Shown: positions 18,904-28,220 of the stretch, in pieces | Layout of the letters: each line of letters opens with the position of its first letter | Position numbering within the stretch: position 1 is the stretch's first letter | IMG/VR virus record: IMGVR_UViG_3300044701_003953 | Span: 143,521 to 207,520 of that record | DNA length: 64,000 bases | Reading direction: 5' to 3' (one strand) | The notes under the pieces: model-generated | Told to the model about the DNA's origin: nothing | What the model saw: only the letters and a program-made list of their open reading frames with translations | Database searches by the model: none | Position numbers and translations under genes: made by a program

Positions 18904-19443
18904 TTACTCGACTTTACCCCAACCCGTTTTGGCACGGATGGCAAAGGCCAACTCTCGCATACGACCATATTCGGGACTGCCCTTGGGATGTGGCCCTGAC
19001 TTTTTAAGTGCGTTGTAGGCTTTGACAAGTTCCGATTTGGTCTTGCCAGCATACTTGCCACGCTCTTCGGGGCCGACTTGTGTGTCTGTGCCCCATTTTT
19101 CTGCTAATGCCTTAGGGTTCTTGGCTAGAGCGATGCGATCGGCGAAAGTGACACGATCCTTGGGCGGGGCCAGTTTCGCGAGTTGTTCGCGGTCTAAGGC
19201 TTCTTGGGGTTTCTTTTCAGGGAGACCTTTATGTGGTGTCTTGGCGAAATCCTTGACATCACTTTTCTTCATGGTGCGAGCAGTTTGTTTGAGTTCCTTG
19301 CTGGCGCCTGGAATACGCTCGCCTTTTTGCATGGCATGCACCATGCCCATGTAACGCTGTTGGGCTTTGCTGACAGCACGCTCGGCCAGAGCGATTGCAG
19401 CACGCAGTTCGCGTGCCTCGTTGATGAATTCTTGGCTTTTCAT
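18904..19443 (-). CDS. Basic modular protein, probable internal head protein
   Basis: N-terminus MKSQEFINE resembles the T4 capsid-targeting sequence; contains a DUF3008-like AVSKAQQRYMGMV module; GGAGG SD. Confidence 0.6.
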   Translation of the reverse strand: MKSQEFINEARELRAAIALAERAVSKAQQRYMGMVHAMQKGERIPGASKELKQTARTMKKSDVKDFAKTPHKGLPEKKPQEALDREQLAKLAPPKDRVTFADRIALAKNPKALAEKWGTDTQVGPEERGKYAGKTKSELVKAYNALKKSGPHPKGSPEYGRMRELAFAIRAKTGWGKVE

Positions 19444-19461
19444 TACGCCCTCCTTGGCGTG

Positions 19462-19896
19462 TTATTTGAGACTTGCTCTCAACATCCAGGAGTGTTTGCG
19501 GTGTGCGTCCATGCGCTCGGCCAGGAAGTTGGCAAGACCGTCTTCCCCAGCTTCAGTGGCCATGTCAAATACACGCTTAAGGATCTTGACCATCTTGTCA
19601 GAATCTTCTAGCAGTTCTTGGCACATGTCTTCAGCGGCTAGGATAGCAGTCTCGTCATCGACCATGCTGAGCATGGAGAAGCGGGTGAACGAGCCCGGGG
19701 TATAAGAATCTAGCTTGCGTATGTTTTCCGCGAACAGATCGATGCTACCGTATACTTCTTCGTAGATACCTCCAAACAGTTCGTGGAACTGTGCGAAGTG
19801 TATGCCTTCCACGTTCCAGTGGAAGTTGTGTGCTTTTAGATAAAACGCGAACTCGGATGAGAACGCGATCTTCATGGCTTTTTTAAGCTCGTCCAT
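19462..19896 (-). CDS. dps: Dps / ferritin-like DNA protection protein
   Basis: KAHNFHWNVEG..FHELF..YEE..D..AE, HRKHSWML. Confidence 0.92.
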   Translation of the reverse strand: MDELKKAMKIAFSSEFAFYLKAHNFHWNVEGIHFAQFHELFGGIYEEVYGSIDLFAENIRKLDSYTPGSFTRFSMLSMVDDETAILAAEDMCQELLEDSDKMVKILKRVFDMATEAGEDGLANFLAERMDAHRKHSWMLRASLK

Positions 19897-19908
19897 AGTA
19901 ATCAGTCC

Positions 19909-20697
19909 TTAGATGTCGTAGCCGGATTCTTTCATCTCGGCCAAGTATTTACTGACCTCTTCAGCTGTGACACTACGGCTTTCGTTGGATCGTACTGACC
20001 AGTCTACTTTGATGTCTTTGACAGTCTTGCCTTGTTTGGCGAAATGCTGTTTGATCATGTCTGTGTAGCCTTCGTCACTGCGAAGTCTCACTGTGACTTT
20101 GCTACCATCGTCGAAAGTGACTTCGGCTTCATGATGTTCACCGGGGCGCAGGCTTTCGTTGGTTTCGATGTCACCCTCGCTATATTCGTCTACGATTTTA
20201 TCCCAAAGTATCTCGATCATCTTGTCGTGGTCGTTGATGACATCCGTCATGCCTTTTGCGGCCAACTCGTCTTTGAGTTCTTCCATCATGTTTTGTAGGA
20301 CATCTGCTGTACCTGGTCCTAAGTCACCTTCGAGAGCAGCGATCAGATCTTCTTCATCACCGCGTGTAGCCAAGGCATGTAGATCGATATCGATTTCGCT
20401 CATAAAGCCTTCCGCTACACCTTGCTCTGCGCTTTCCCTTGGGCCCATGCTCTGTAGTGTGCGTTCCACTTGTTTGACCCATCCGCTGACGTCGGAGGTG
20501 CCGATCTCTTCAGTGTCACCCACGAAGTCTGCTACGTCGTCGATGGCAGCGATCACTTTGTCGACGCCATAGGTCTTGATGAGGTCAAGGTGTTGACCCA
20601 TGATGCGACGTGCTACAGCACCGGCTACAGCATCACGGTCTTCCTTGACCACTACTCGAGTCTTGAGTCTGAATGGTCCAAATTCATCTAAAAGCAT
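19909..20697 (-). CDS. Acidic modular protein, probable internal head protein
   Basis: MLLDEF start; repeated hydrophobic-x-E|S/G sites (GVAE|G, TNE|S, SNE|S). Confidence 0.55.
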   Translation of the reverse strand: MLLDEFGPFRLKTRVVVKEDRDAVAGAVARRIMGQHLDLIKTYGVDKVIAAIDDVADFVGDTEEIGTSDVSGWVKQVERTLQSMGPRESAEQGVAEGFMSEIDIDLHALATRGDEEDLIAALEGDLGPGTADVLQNMMEELKDELAAKGMTDVINDHDKMIEILWDKIVDEYSEGDIETNESLRPGEHHEAEVTFDDGSKVTVRLRSDEGYTDMIKQHFAKQGKTVKDIKVDWSVRSNESRSVTAEEVSKYLAEMKESGYDI

Positions 20698-20699
20698 TT

Positions 20700-21044
20700 T
20701 TATTGTCCTGTCTTCTGTTGTGCTTTTTGTAGTGTATTCTTGATCTGTGGAGCAAGGGTAGGATCGGCTAATGCTTTTTCTACCGCCCCAGCGATACCTG
20801 CGGCATTGGCGGGATCTTCAGCATCTTTGTTGGGATCGATTTCGACACCAGCTCCTTTGAGTTGGTTGAGATTTTGTTTGAGTTTCTGTGCTTGCTGTGC
20901 AGCCTGCGCGGGATCAGAAGTCGTAGTTTGAGCATTGTCTGCTCCAAACTCACGCACACGCTTGATGGGTTTCTTGAATAAAGGTGTGGCTACTGTAGCG
21001 ATAGCGCCGGAAGTTGTTTCTTTGATGATGTCGGTGATTTTCAT
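20700..21044 (-). CDS. Hypothetical late protein (start moved to MKITDIIKE)
   Basis: ATG at 21044 lies 5 nt downstream of TATAAATA; N-terminus resembles a capsid-targeting sequence. Confidence 0.6.
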   Translation of the reverse strand: MKITDIIKETTSGAIATVATPLFKKPIKRVREFGADNAQTTTSDPAQAAQQAQKLKQNLNQLKGAGVEIDPNKDAEDPANAAGIAGAVEKALADPTLAPQIKNTLQKAQQKTGQ

Positions 21045-21049
21045 AACAA

Positions 21050-21057
21050 TATTTATA
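21050..21057 (-). promoter_or_regulatory. T4-like late promoter
   Basis: Exact TATAAATA. Confidence 0.65.
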
Positions 21058-21066
21058 ATCCCAGAA

Positions 21067-21372
21067 TTAAATAGAAAACTCGAAATTTGCTGGTTGATCA
21101 TTGATACGCACATTACTGATTCTCAGCATATCTCGTGGATCATTAAGTTTTTCTACCTTTAAGCGATGCGCCCCTGGCCCCAGCTTTACTGTGATCAGTT
21201 CTTCAACATAAGTGTCTTCGTGTTGCCAGACATAGGTACGTTCAGTCAAAAGATCCGAGTCCACATATATGCGATAGGCAGGTCGATACACATAAGCACC
21301 AGTTAACCCATGGGGTATATCTTCGCCGGACCAGCGTACATCAATACGTATCTCTATCTGCCGGTCATTCAT
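21067..21372 (-). CDS. Hypothetical protein
   Basis: 101-aa ORF overlapping the upstream stop. Confidence 0.6.
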   Translation of the reverse strand: MNDRQIEIRIDVRWSGEDIPHGLTGAYVYRPAYRIYVDSDLLTERTYVWQHEDTYVEELITVKLGPGAHRLKVEKLNDPRDMLRISNVRINDQPANFEFSI

Positions 21373-22702
21373 CGCTGAAAATCCCTGGTGGGATTCCTCG
21401 TGCTCCTACTCCGCCTTTTTTCCTAAGAGCGGATAGGTCTCTGTAAGCCTTTAGCAAAGCATCGAGCATGACGGGCATCGGAGATTTCTGTAACAGATAT
21501 TGTGCCTGACGAACTTGGTCGGCATCCATGCTAGACATCCTGTCTGACAGATCTTTAAAGTTATTTGCCAGTTTTTTATGTAATGTCGCGATAGTCAGGC
21601 GTCCGTACCCGGGTATCAATACTTCACTGTCGGACATTGGATTTGTGGGATCCTTAGCGTATAAACTTTCGATAAGGTTGAACGCTTTCATCATCTTTTT
21701 CAATGTATTTGTTTTTACATCAACAGTCATCGAAGTGCTGTATCTTGGATCGCGGGCCATCTTTTTATTTGATGCTACGACACCGACTCCGGCCGCATCT
21801 TCATTAGAATGACGTCGATTTAGCCAATCTTTTTCTTGGTGGGCATCTCGACCGTTTCTTCCTAATATCCTGCTGGCATTCCGGTCCCCGCGAGCTATGG
21901 CCCGGATTTCTTGATCTATCTCGCCCTTTACTGAGTCTTTGCTGATATTTTGAATATTTTTCGCTGTGCGTAACGCGATTAATGCATCACGTGCTGTACC
22001 GGCATCAGTGGTGGCACAGCCCGGAGTTCCTGCGACGCATGCGGCCACTGCCGCGGCACCGAGAGCTTGCTTCCATCCTTCGGTAACGACCAGTTTCTGG
22101 TCCATGATGTGCTTTGCTTCTTCACTATAGCGTCCAAACAAGTCGGCGATTATCTGCTTACGAGTCGCAGGGTCGGCATCTTTGTACTGCTGTCGCACTT
22201 CTGTTGCTGACCGCATAGGCGCCCCAAGAACGGTGAAGTCCACCGTAGGTACCGTTAGGATATAGCCCGTCTTGTCGAATGTATCGGCATCTTTTAGATC
22301 TGCGGGCAGAGGCTGGAAATATGTTGGGCTACCGTCTTTTTTAGTTCCCATACGGAAACGAGGATCTTCGGCCATGTCTTTTTCGCTGACCGCGAAGATC
22401 AATATAGTCGATTCTGCTGGATAATTTGCTGTTAGCTCAGGGACCTTGTAGGGTTCACGGCTTTCGATCACACGATCCATTGGCACCCCTGTGAGCGCCA
22501 TGAACACGGATTTGTCTGAAAAGTTGAAAGGACTCTTGGGGGGATCTACTTTGTTGCTGGTAGCGATGTAGACGCGATCTCGGCCAAATTTCTTGACGAG
22601 ATAGTCATACACCGCTTTATGCCCTTTGTGGAAGGGTTGGAAGCGTCCGGGGTAGACTACGACAAGATTTTGCGTGTCTTCAAATAAATCAGCAACAAAC
22701 AT
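21365..22702 (-). CDS. HxGH nucleotidyltransferase (NMNAT/PPAT-like) fused to further modules
   Basis: YPGRFQPFHKGH, SPF and RSATEVR in the first ~205 aa; unrelated modules follow LVVTE|G. Confidence 0.75.
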   Translation of the reverse strand: MFVADLFEDTQNLVVVYPGRFQPFHKGHKAVYDYLVKKFGRDRVYIATSNKVDPPKSPFNFSDKSVFMALTGVPMDRVIESREPYKVPELTANYPAESTILIFAVSEKDMAEDPRFRMGTKKDGSPTYFQPLPADLKDADTFDKTGYILTVPTVDFTVLGAPMRSATEVRQQYKDADPATRKQIIADLFGRYSEEAKHIMDQKLVVTEGWKQALGAAAVAACVAGTPGCATTDAGTARDALIALRTAKNIQNISKDSVKGEIDQEIRAIARGDRNASRILGRNGRDAHQEKDWLNRRHSNEDAAGVGVVASNKKMARDPRYSTSMTVDVKTNTLKKMMKAFNLIESLYAKDPTNPMSDSEVLIPGYGRLTIATLHKKLANNFKDLSDRMSSMDADQVRQAQYLLQKSPMPVMLDALLKAYRDLSALRKKGGVGARGIPPGIFSDE

Positions 22703-22723
22703 GTGGATTCCATTTCGTTGCTG

Positions 22724-22731
22724 TATTTATG
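22724..22731 (-). promoter_or_regulatory. Late promoter (CATAAATA)
   Basis: TAAATA core in the intergenic gap upstream of 22702. Confidence 0.55.
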
Positions 22732-22732
22732 G

Positions 22733-23245
22733 TTAGAGATTCTCTAGCAACCAGATATAAAAAGGGCTACCGAACTTGATATCGTACGATCCGTTCCATC
22801 CCATATGCCGTATACCGGGTATTTCTGTGACTCCGGATTCACCTTTGTAAGTGACTGGCTGATCGAGTTTGTAGATGCCATATCTTGCTTCGTCACCGTA
22901 ATCTGCACCAATTGGAATATCAACGGTATCTATTTCAAGATTTTCAACGACTAATAACATGTCTTTGGCTATAGACATATTTTCTTCGGTGTAGTCATCG
23001 GCTTTAACTGTTTGATCGGGAGTTTTATTTAAAAAACGTATCGATAAAATATGATCAGTTGATTCCCGGAATTCTTTTGCAAATTCGTGATATTCAACTT
23101 CCCCACTGGGCGCAGTTATTTCTGATTCCTTGATAACTTCACCGTTAACGAGTATCTGGAAGAGTGGCTTTTTATCCCAGTATATACCCGATAAACCTAT
23201 TTTTATTAAAAGTTTTTCTGAAAATTCTTTTGACATTTTTCTCAA
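22733..23245 (-). CDS. Hypothetical protein
   Basis: 170-aa ORF packed between neighbours. Confidence 0.6.
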   Translation of the reverse strand: MRKMSKEFSEKLLIKIGLSGIYWDKKPLFQILVNGEVIKESEITAPSGEVEYHEFAKEFRESTDHILSIRFLNKTPDQTVKADDYTEENMSIAKDMLLVVENLEIDTVDIPIGADYGDEARYGIYKLDQPVTYKGESGVTEIPGIRHMGWNGSYDIKFGSPFYIWLLENL

Positions 23246-24063
23246 TCCTTGGTATTTTGCTGCGACATAGTCATGGCTAGTGCTGCCGGTAAAGATACGT
23301 TATCGGGGTTCTGAGACGCATCAATTTTTTGGAATTTAGGCATCTGGTCGAGATTTCCGGCGAATTCGTGATGCCCGATATGATTCAACAACACTTTTCC
23401 GTGTGCCCATATTTCTCCACCTAGGGCTTGCCAACGACGACAAAAAGTCCAATCCTCACTGAGATAGTGTCCTTTTTCGTCGATGATAGTATCGAAGATA
23501 GAATACATGTAAGGCTCGTACTGTTTGCCCAGATTCACATCGTCAACGTATTTACATTCGGGGTGTGCGGAGCAAAGTTTTTCATAAACATGACGTTTGA
23601 ATAGCAAGAACCCGGTGCCGGCGGTATCTACAGTAAACATATCTCCGGATACTTTAGTGGTCTCGGCAAGATTGATCACATAGTTGGACGGAAGACTTTT
23701 CTTGGGATATAATCCTGCGACGACGTCGCGATCCTGTATTATCATCTGGAATATCGACTCGGGCTGGAATCTGATATCGGCGTCAATGAACATGAAATGG
23801 GTCGCTTCTGTGTTGGACATCATTTTCGCCATGAGATTGTTCCGGGCTCTCGTGACCAGACTCTCATTAACCATAGTATCAAGACTCCATCGCATGCCGA
23901 TGTTCTGGGCGAACAACACAAATTTCAAAAAACTTGTGAATGTGGGTTCGCTAATTTGCCCACCATAGCACGGTATTCCAACATGGAGATTTATTTTTGA
24001 AAAATCAAAGTTGGGGGTATTGGGCACAGCCGCAGGTTTGCTAGATTTACTCTTTTTAGACAT
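23242..24063 (-). CDS. GT-A fold glycosyltransferase-like protein
   Basis: IPCYGG, ESLVTRARN, FIDAD (DxD), GTGFLL, LSEDWTFC. Confidence 0.8.
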   Translation of the reverse strand: MSKKSKSSKPAAVPNTPNFDFSKINLHVGIPCYGGQISEPTFTSFLKFVLFAQNIGMRWSLDTMVNESLVTRARNNLMAKMMSNTEATHFMFIDADIRFQPESIFQMIIQDRDVVAGLYPKKSLPSNYVINLAETTKVSGDMFTVDTAGTGFLLFKRHVYEKLCSAHPECKYVDDVNLGKQYEPYMYSIFDTIIDEKGHYLSEDWTFCRRWQALGGEIWAHGKVLLNHIGHHEFAGNLDQMPKFQKIDASQNPDNVSLPAALAMTMSQQNTKD

Positions 24064-24080
24064 TCGGTGACTTTGGGGTA

Positions 24081-24245
24081 TTAAGCGATTTGTAGTTCGA
24101 CCAATGATCTTTCACCGGCGAGCTCTTGGACCACTTGTTCCAAGCTCCTTAGATCTGGGTTGCCCAATAAAGGATGCTCTTCTTCGGTGTCTTTGAGTAG
24201 TCGGCTGATTTTAATCACCAACACTTGTTCTTGGAGTTTTGCCAT
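24081..24245 (-). CDS. Small hypothetical protein (54 aa, not in the ORF track)
   Basis: MAKLQEQVLVIKISRLLKD...; AAGGA SD and AATAAATA upstream. Confidence 0.6.
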   Translation of the reverse strand: MAKLQEQVLVIKISRLLKDTEEEHPLLGNPDLRSLEQVVQELAGERSLVELQIA

Positions 24246-24272
24246 TTTGCGTTCCTTGAATAATAGTAGTAT

Positions 24273-25019
24273 TTATTCTACCGTCACGATCTCGTGGACA
24301 TTTGTGATTATGCCCGGGCTGATCAACTCAACGAATGTGTTTATCGAAATATCGTTGGTGTAATAATATACTCCCCAAAATGAAGAGTAAGACGAAGACA
24401 GCATTTTCCTTGGTGCCGCGGGCAGGCTGACAAGGTCCTCCATCGAAAGCAGGTAATTCAATAAGCTAGATTTCGATGCGGTATCTAATCTACCATCTCG
24501 TAACAATACTTTATAACGGTATTGGTTCCTTCGTGATTTCCTGAGTATCTTGTTTTCTTGTAACATCGGGATATGTTCAGGGCGTGGCACGCTGATAGAA
24601 AACACTCGCGACTGATCGACAGCAGTAAAATGCTCGATCACTTTTTTCAATGAGGTTTCATCCTCTGCGTAGACTTGTATGTACGGTTCTTCGACCCTTA
24701 ACTTGATAGTGTCATCTTTGAGCAGATCCTTGAACACTTCAAGCTGTGCGAGACTAGATTGGTCGAGCGATTTATTGTTACGATATATCCAGCTACCGCC
24801 ATGGTTCCTATGTACCACTCGTGTGTTTATAGATGATGATATATCCTCGTCGTGGATGGCCCTGCCGCCGGGGCAAAACACCCTCATGCGGCACAGATAT
24901 TTTTTAAAAAATATTTTCCGTGTCTCTTCGAAGACGACGACGGAGTTAAGATTGATCCAGTACAATATATCCATTGTTGTCCACGGCTGGTTGTAGTTTA
25001 TAGTCGCCTTTAACATCAA
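24273..25019 (-). CDS. Hypothetical protein (start uncertain)
   Basis: Long ORF filling the gap downstream of clpA. Confidence 0.55.
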   Translation of the reverse strand: MMLKATINYNQPWTTMDILYWINLNSVVVFEETRKIFFKKYLCRMRVFCPGGRAIHDEDISSSINTRVVHRNHGGSWIYRNNKSLDQSSLAQLEVFKDLLKDDTIKLRVEEPYIQVYAEDETSLKKVIEHFTAVDQSRVFSISVPRPEHIPMLQENKILRKSRRNQYRYKVLLRDGRLDTASKSSLLNYLLSMEDLVSLPAAPRKMLSSSYSSFWGVYYYTNDISINTFVELISPGIITNVHEIVTVE

Positions 25020-27231
25020 AGACTACTTCATGATCGACGACACTAACTACTACTGTTGATCCCGGCGATAGCTTTTCAAACAAGATCTTCTTGCTAAGTG
25101 GGACCTTCACCATTTCGTTGATTTTGCGAGCTAACGGACGAGCACCCAACTTGGGATCATACCCAACCTCTGCGAAATAATTAACCGCGGTCTCTGTGAA
25201 ATGCACACGCAGATTCTTATCACTGAGCAGTTCATTCATTTCCGACATGAGCTTGATCACGATCTTCTTCATGCTGAGATGATCCAATTTGCCGAATTTA
25301 CAGATGCCGTCGAGTCGATTGCGGAACTCTGGCTTGAAAAAGTCTTTGACTGCTTTATCATCTTCGCCGACTTTCTGGAAATTCCTACCTATACCGATGG
25401 CATTCTTTTCTGAGTCTGCGGCACCCAGGTTGGAAGTCAATATCACGATAGTGTTGCGGCAATCGGCTTTCTTACCATTGCTGGAAGTGATCATACCCTC
25501 ATCCATGAGGTTCAGTAAGACATTAGTGACATCGGGGTGTGCTTTTTCGATCTCATCAAACAGGATAACAGAGTTAGGATTCTTCTCTACATCGCTGATC
25601 AAGAGTCCGCCACCGAGATTACTATCGTCGTAGCCTACATAGCCCGGGGGAGCACCAATCAGCTTAGATGCCGAATGCTTCTCTTGATATTCGCTCATGT
25701 CATAGCGTAATAATTTCATGCCCAAGTTATCAGCCAGGGCTTTCGCTAGTTCTGTCTTACCTGTGCCAGTGGGGCCGATAAACAGGAAATTGCCAATTGG
25801 TTTGTTGATAGCCTTGAGTCCGGCTTTGCTGACATAGATCTTTTCCAATACTTGGTCAACCACCGAATCTTGTCCAAATACACGATCTTTAATACGATTT
25901 TCAAAATCATCGACGTCCTTGATCTCGTCGCTATCTCCGATCTGATCTGCAGGAATCTTGGTAAACTTGCTGATGGCTTCTACGATCTGGCTCTTGCCCA
26001 CGATCCAATCATTGAGATGTATCTTGGATTTGGCGCAGGCTGTGTCAATAAGATCGATAGCCTTGTCTGGTAGTTTCTTGTCAGTCTGGTATCTCACGCT
26101 GAGATCTACAGCGGCATCGATAGCTTCGTCGGTAATCTTACCTCCGTGAAATTCTTCAAAGTAATTACGCAATCCTCGTAATATGTCTTTGGCCACAACC
26201 GGACTTGGCTCCTCGATCGCCAACCTATGGAATCTGCGCATAAGAGCTCGATCTTTCTCGAAACTCTGTGTGAATTCTTCCCAGGTAGTAGATGCGATTA
26301 CTTTGATGTGACCTTTGCTTAGGGCCGGCTTAATCATGTTAGCAAAGTCTACGCTGGAGTTAGATCCCGAACCGGCACCTCTCATCTGATGCGCTTCGTC
26401 AATGAATAGTATGCACTTACCGATAGCATGTAAAGCCGCGATTACTTCTTTGAGTTTTTCTTCGAATTCGCCACGATATTTGCTGCCGGCTAGTAGTCCG
26501 CCGATGTCGAGATTGTAAACAGTGAAGTCTTTGAGATAATCAGGCACTTCACCGTTGATGATGTTTAATGCTAACCCTTCGGCTATCGCGGTTTTGCCTA
26601 CACCAGGATCGCCCACCATCAAGACATTGCTCTTGTTGCGCTTGGCTAGGATTTGTGTAATTTCGGCTATCTCGACTTCGCGACCAATCACGGGATCGAT
26701 CTTGCCTTTTTCTGCCATCTCATTGAGATTGTCACAGAACTCCTTTAGTATTTCTGCTGCCTTGGCCTTGTTTGATGCCCCGGCTTCTTTTCGTTTGTCT
26801 TGCCAATTTTCGTTGTAATAGTCGACTAATCCGCTGCGGTCGATGCCGTACTTCATCAGAAAATAAGTAGCATGGCTGTTGCCTTCTTGCCATATGCTCA
26901 ACACCAAATCGATGACTTGTATATGAGTGCGTCCCGAGAATAACACCTGAGTGAATGCTCGATTAAACACACGCTCGAGCGCATGTGTTTTTTTAGGAAC
27001 ATCGTCTTTGTCTGCCGAAGCTAGATGCTCTTGTGTTGTCAAGTACATCAACAACTCGTTGGACATGCCCTCGACGTTTACACCATAATTGTTTAGAAAT
27101 TCATTAAAAGGTTTATAGGTCAAAAGACCCTGTAATAGATGCTCTACAGTCACGTATTTGTGTCGTAGTTGGCGTGCTGCTGTAGTGGCATATTCTACGA
27201 TCATTTCTATTTCAGGATTGGGTTGTATCAT
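24946..27231 (-). CDS. clpA: ClpA-type AAA+ chaperone/unfoldase
   Basis: ClpN domain (HKYVTVEHLL), GDPGVGKT, FIDEAH, GPTGTGKT, DMSEYQEKHS, FDEIEKAHP, IGI loop (ClpP-docking type), GARPL. Confidence 0.92.
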   Translation of the reverse strand: MIQPNPEIEMIVEYATTAARQLRHKYVTVEHLLQGLLTYKPFNEFLNNYGVNVEGMSNELLMYLTTQEHLASADKDDVPKKTHALERVFNRAFTQVLFSGRTHIQVIDLVLSIWQEGNSHATYFLMKYGIDRSGLVDYYNENWQDKRKEAGASNKAKAAEILKEFCDNLNEMAEKGKIDPVIGREVEIAEITQILAKRNKSNVLMVGDPGVGKTAIAEGLALNIINGEVPDYLKDFTVYNLDIGGLLAGSKYRGEFEEKLKEVIAALHAIGKCILFIDEAHQMRGAGSGSNSSVDFANMIKPALSKGHIKVIASTTWEEFTQSFEKDRALMRRFHRLAIEEPSPVVAKDILRGLRNYFEEFHGGKITDEAIDAAVDLSVRYQTDKKLPDKAIDLIDTACAKSKIHLNDWIVGKSQIVEAISKFTKIPADQIGDSDEIKDVDDFENRIKDRVFGQDSVVDQVLEKIYVSKAGLKAINKPIGNFLFIGPTGTGKTELAKALADNLGMKLLRYDMSEYQEKHSASKLIGAPPGYVGYDDSNLGGGLLISDVEKNPNSVILFDEIEKAHPDVTNVLLNLMDEGMITSSNGKKADCRNTIVILTSNLGAADSEKNAIGIGRNFQKVGEDDKAVKDFFKPEFRNRLDGICKFGKLDHLSMKKIVIKLMSEMNELLSDKNLRVHFTETAVNYFAEVGYDPKLGARPLARKINEMVKVPLSKKILFEKLSPGSTVVVSVVDHEVVFDVKGDYKLQPAVDNNGYIVLDQS

Positions 27232-27313
27232 TGGGTTCCTATTCCGTTGAAAATTTAAGATAGCGTTGATTGATTTTACGACAAATCAAAAAAATACACA
27301 ACCTTTGTGATAT

Positions 27314-28162
27314 TTATTGACCTTTTTTGAGTTCTTCTAACAATTCTTTCCGGTGGTGATCGGTCTCTTTGGGAATATAGACTTCGACTTCAACTAAGAG
27401 ATTCCCCCGCGCCCCATTAGTTGAGTATAGTCCTTGATCTTTGATCCTTAATTTAGTTCCGTATTGTGTGCCCGGTGGCACTGTTAATAAAAAAGTCTTG
27501 TTTTCGAGATTGGTTATTTCTCTCTGTGTGCCCAGGATCGCATCGTAGGCTGATATTTTAAGCGAGCAAACGATGTCTGAGTGATGTACTCGGAACCTTG
27601 GGTGCGGAATTAGGCGCACCAATACATAGAGATCTCCGCGCGGCAAGGTACTAAAAAAGTTGTCGCCTAACCCGGGATATTTGATCATTGATCCGTCTTC
27701 GACACCGCGGGGGATATTGATGTTGATTGTTTCTCGGTAACCATTGGTAGTTTGTATCTGTATGGTTTTTCCGACGGGATTTAAAGTTTCCTCAAGACCC
27801 AATCCCATTTCTATCCTGATGTCTTTGTTGCGCCGCGGCTGACGCATGCGTTCAAAGGGATCTTCAGAACGATTCCGGAACCCGAAGTTAAATTGAGTGA
27901 ATATGTCGTCGAGATCGGGCATACCGTCGGTGTCTTGATTCCAACGAAATTGCGGACCGCCGCCAAAACCTTTTCTTTCGAGATCGTATCGTTGTCGAGA
28001 TTCGGGATTACTAAGCACACGATATGCTTCTTCGATACGCTGGAACTCATCCGTATTACCACCTTTATCGGGGTGATGTTTGGACGCTAGGCGGCGATAG
28101 GCTTTTTTAATCTCTTCGGGCGTAGCCGTTTCGGTTACTTTAAGGGTGTCGTAGTGAGACAT
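27314..28162 (-). CDS. DnaJ/CbpA-type co-chaperone without zinc finger
   Basis: J-domain HHPDK; C-terminal RGDLYV..PHPRF. Confidence 0.9.
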   Translation of the reverse strand: MSHYDTLKVTETATPEEIKKAYRRLASKHHPDKGGNTDEFQRIEEAYRVLSNPESRQRYDLERKGFGGGPQFRWNQDTDGMPDLDDIFTQFNFGFRNRSEDPFERMRQPRRNKDIRIEMGLGLEETLNPVGKTIQIQTTNGYRETININIPRGVEDGSMIKYPGLGDNFFSTLPRGDLYVLVRLIPHPRFRVHHSDIVCSLKISAYDAILGTQREITNLENKTFLLTVPPGTQYGTKLRIKDQGLYSTNGARGNLLVEVEVYIPKETDHHRKELLEELKKGQ

Positions 28163-28168
28163 CCATGT

Positions 28169-28198
28169 ATTTTATGACAAAAGATGTGCGGAAGTCAA
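28169..28198 (-). promoter_or_regulatory. Sigma70-like promoter of dnaJ, overlapping a terminator
   Basis: TTGACT-18nt-TAAAAT ending 6 nt before the ATG. Confidence 0.55.
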
Positions 28199-28211
28199 CA
28201 AACTTCCGCAC
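28186..28211 (-). terminator. Rho-independent terminator after the holin gene
   Basis: GTGCGGAAGT-6nt-ACTTCCGCAC followed by ATCTTTT. Confidence 0.65.
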
Positions 28212-28220
28212 GATCTTGAT

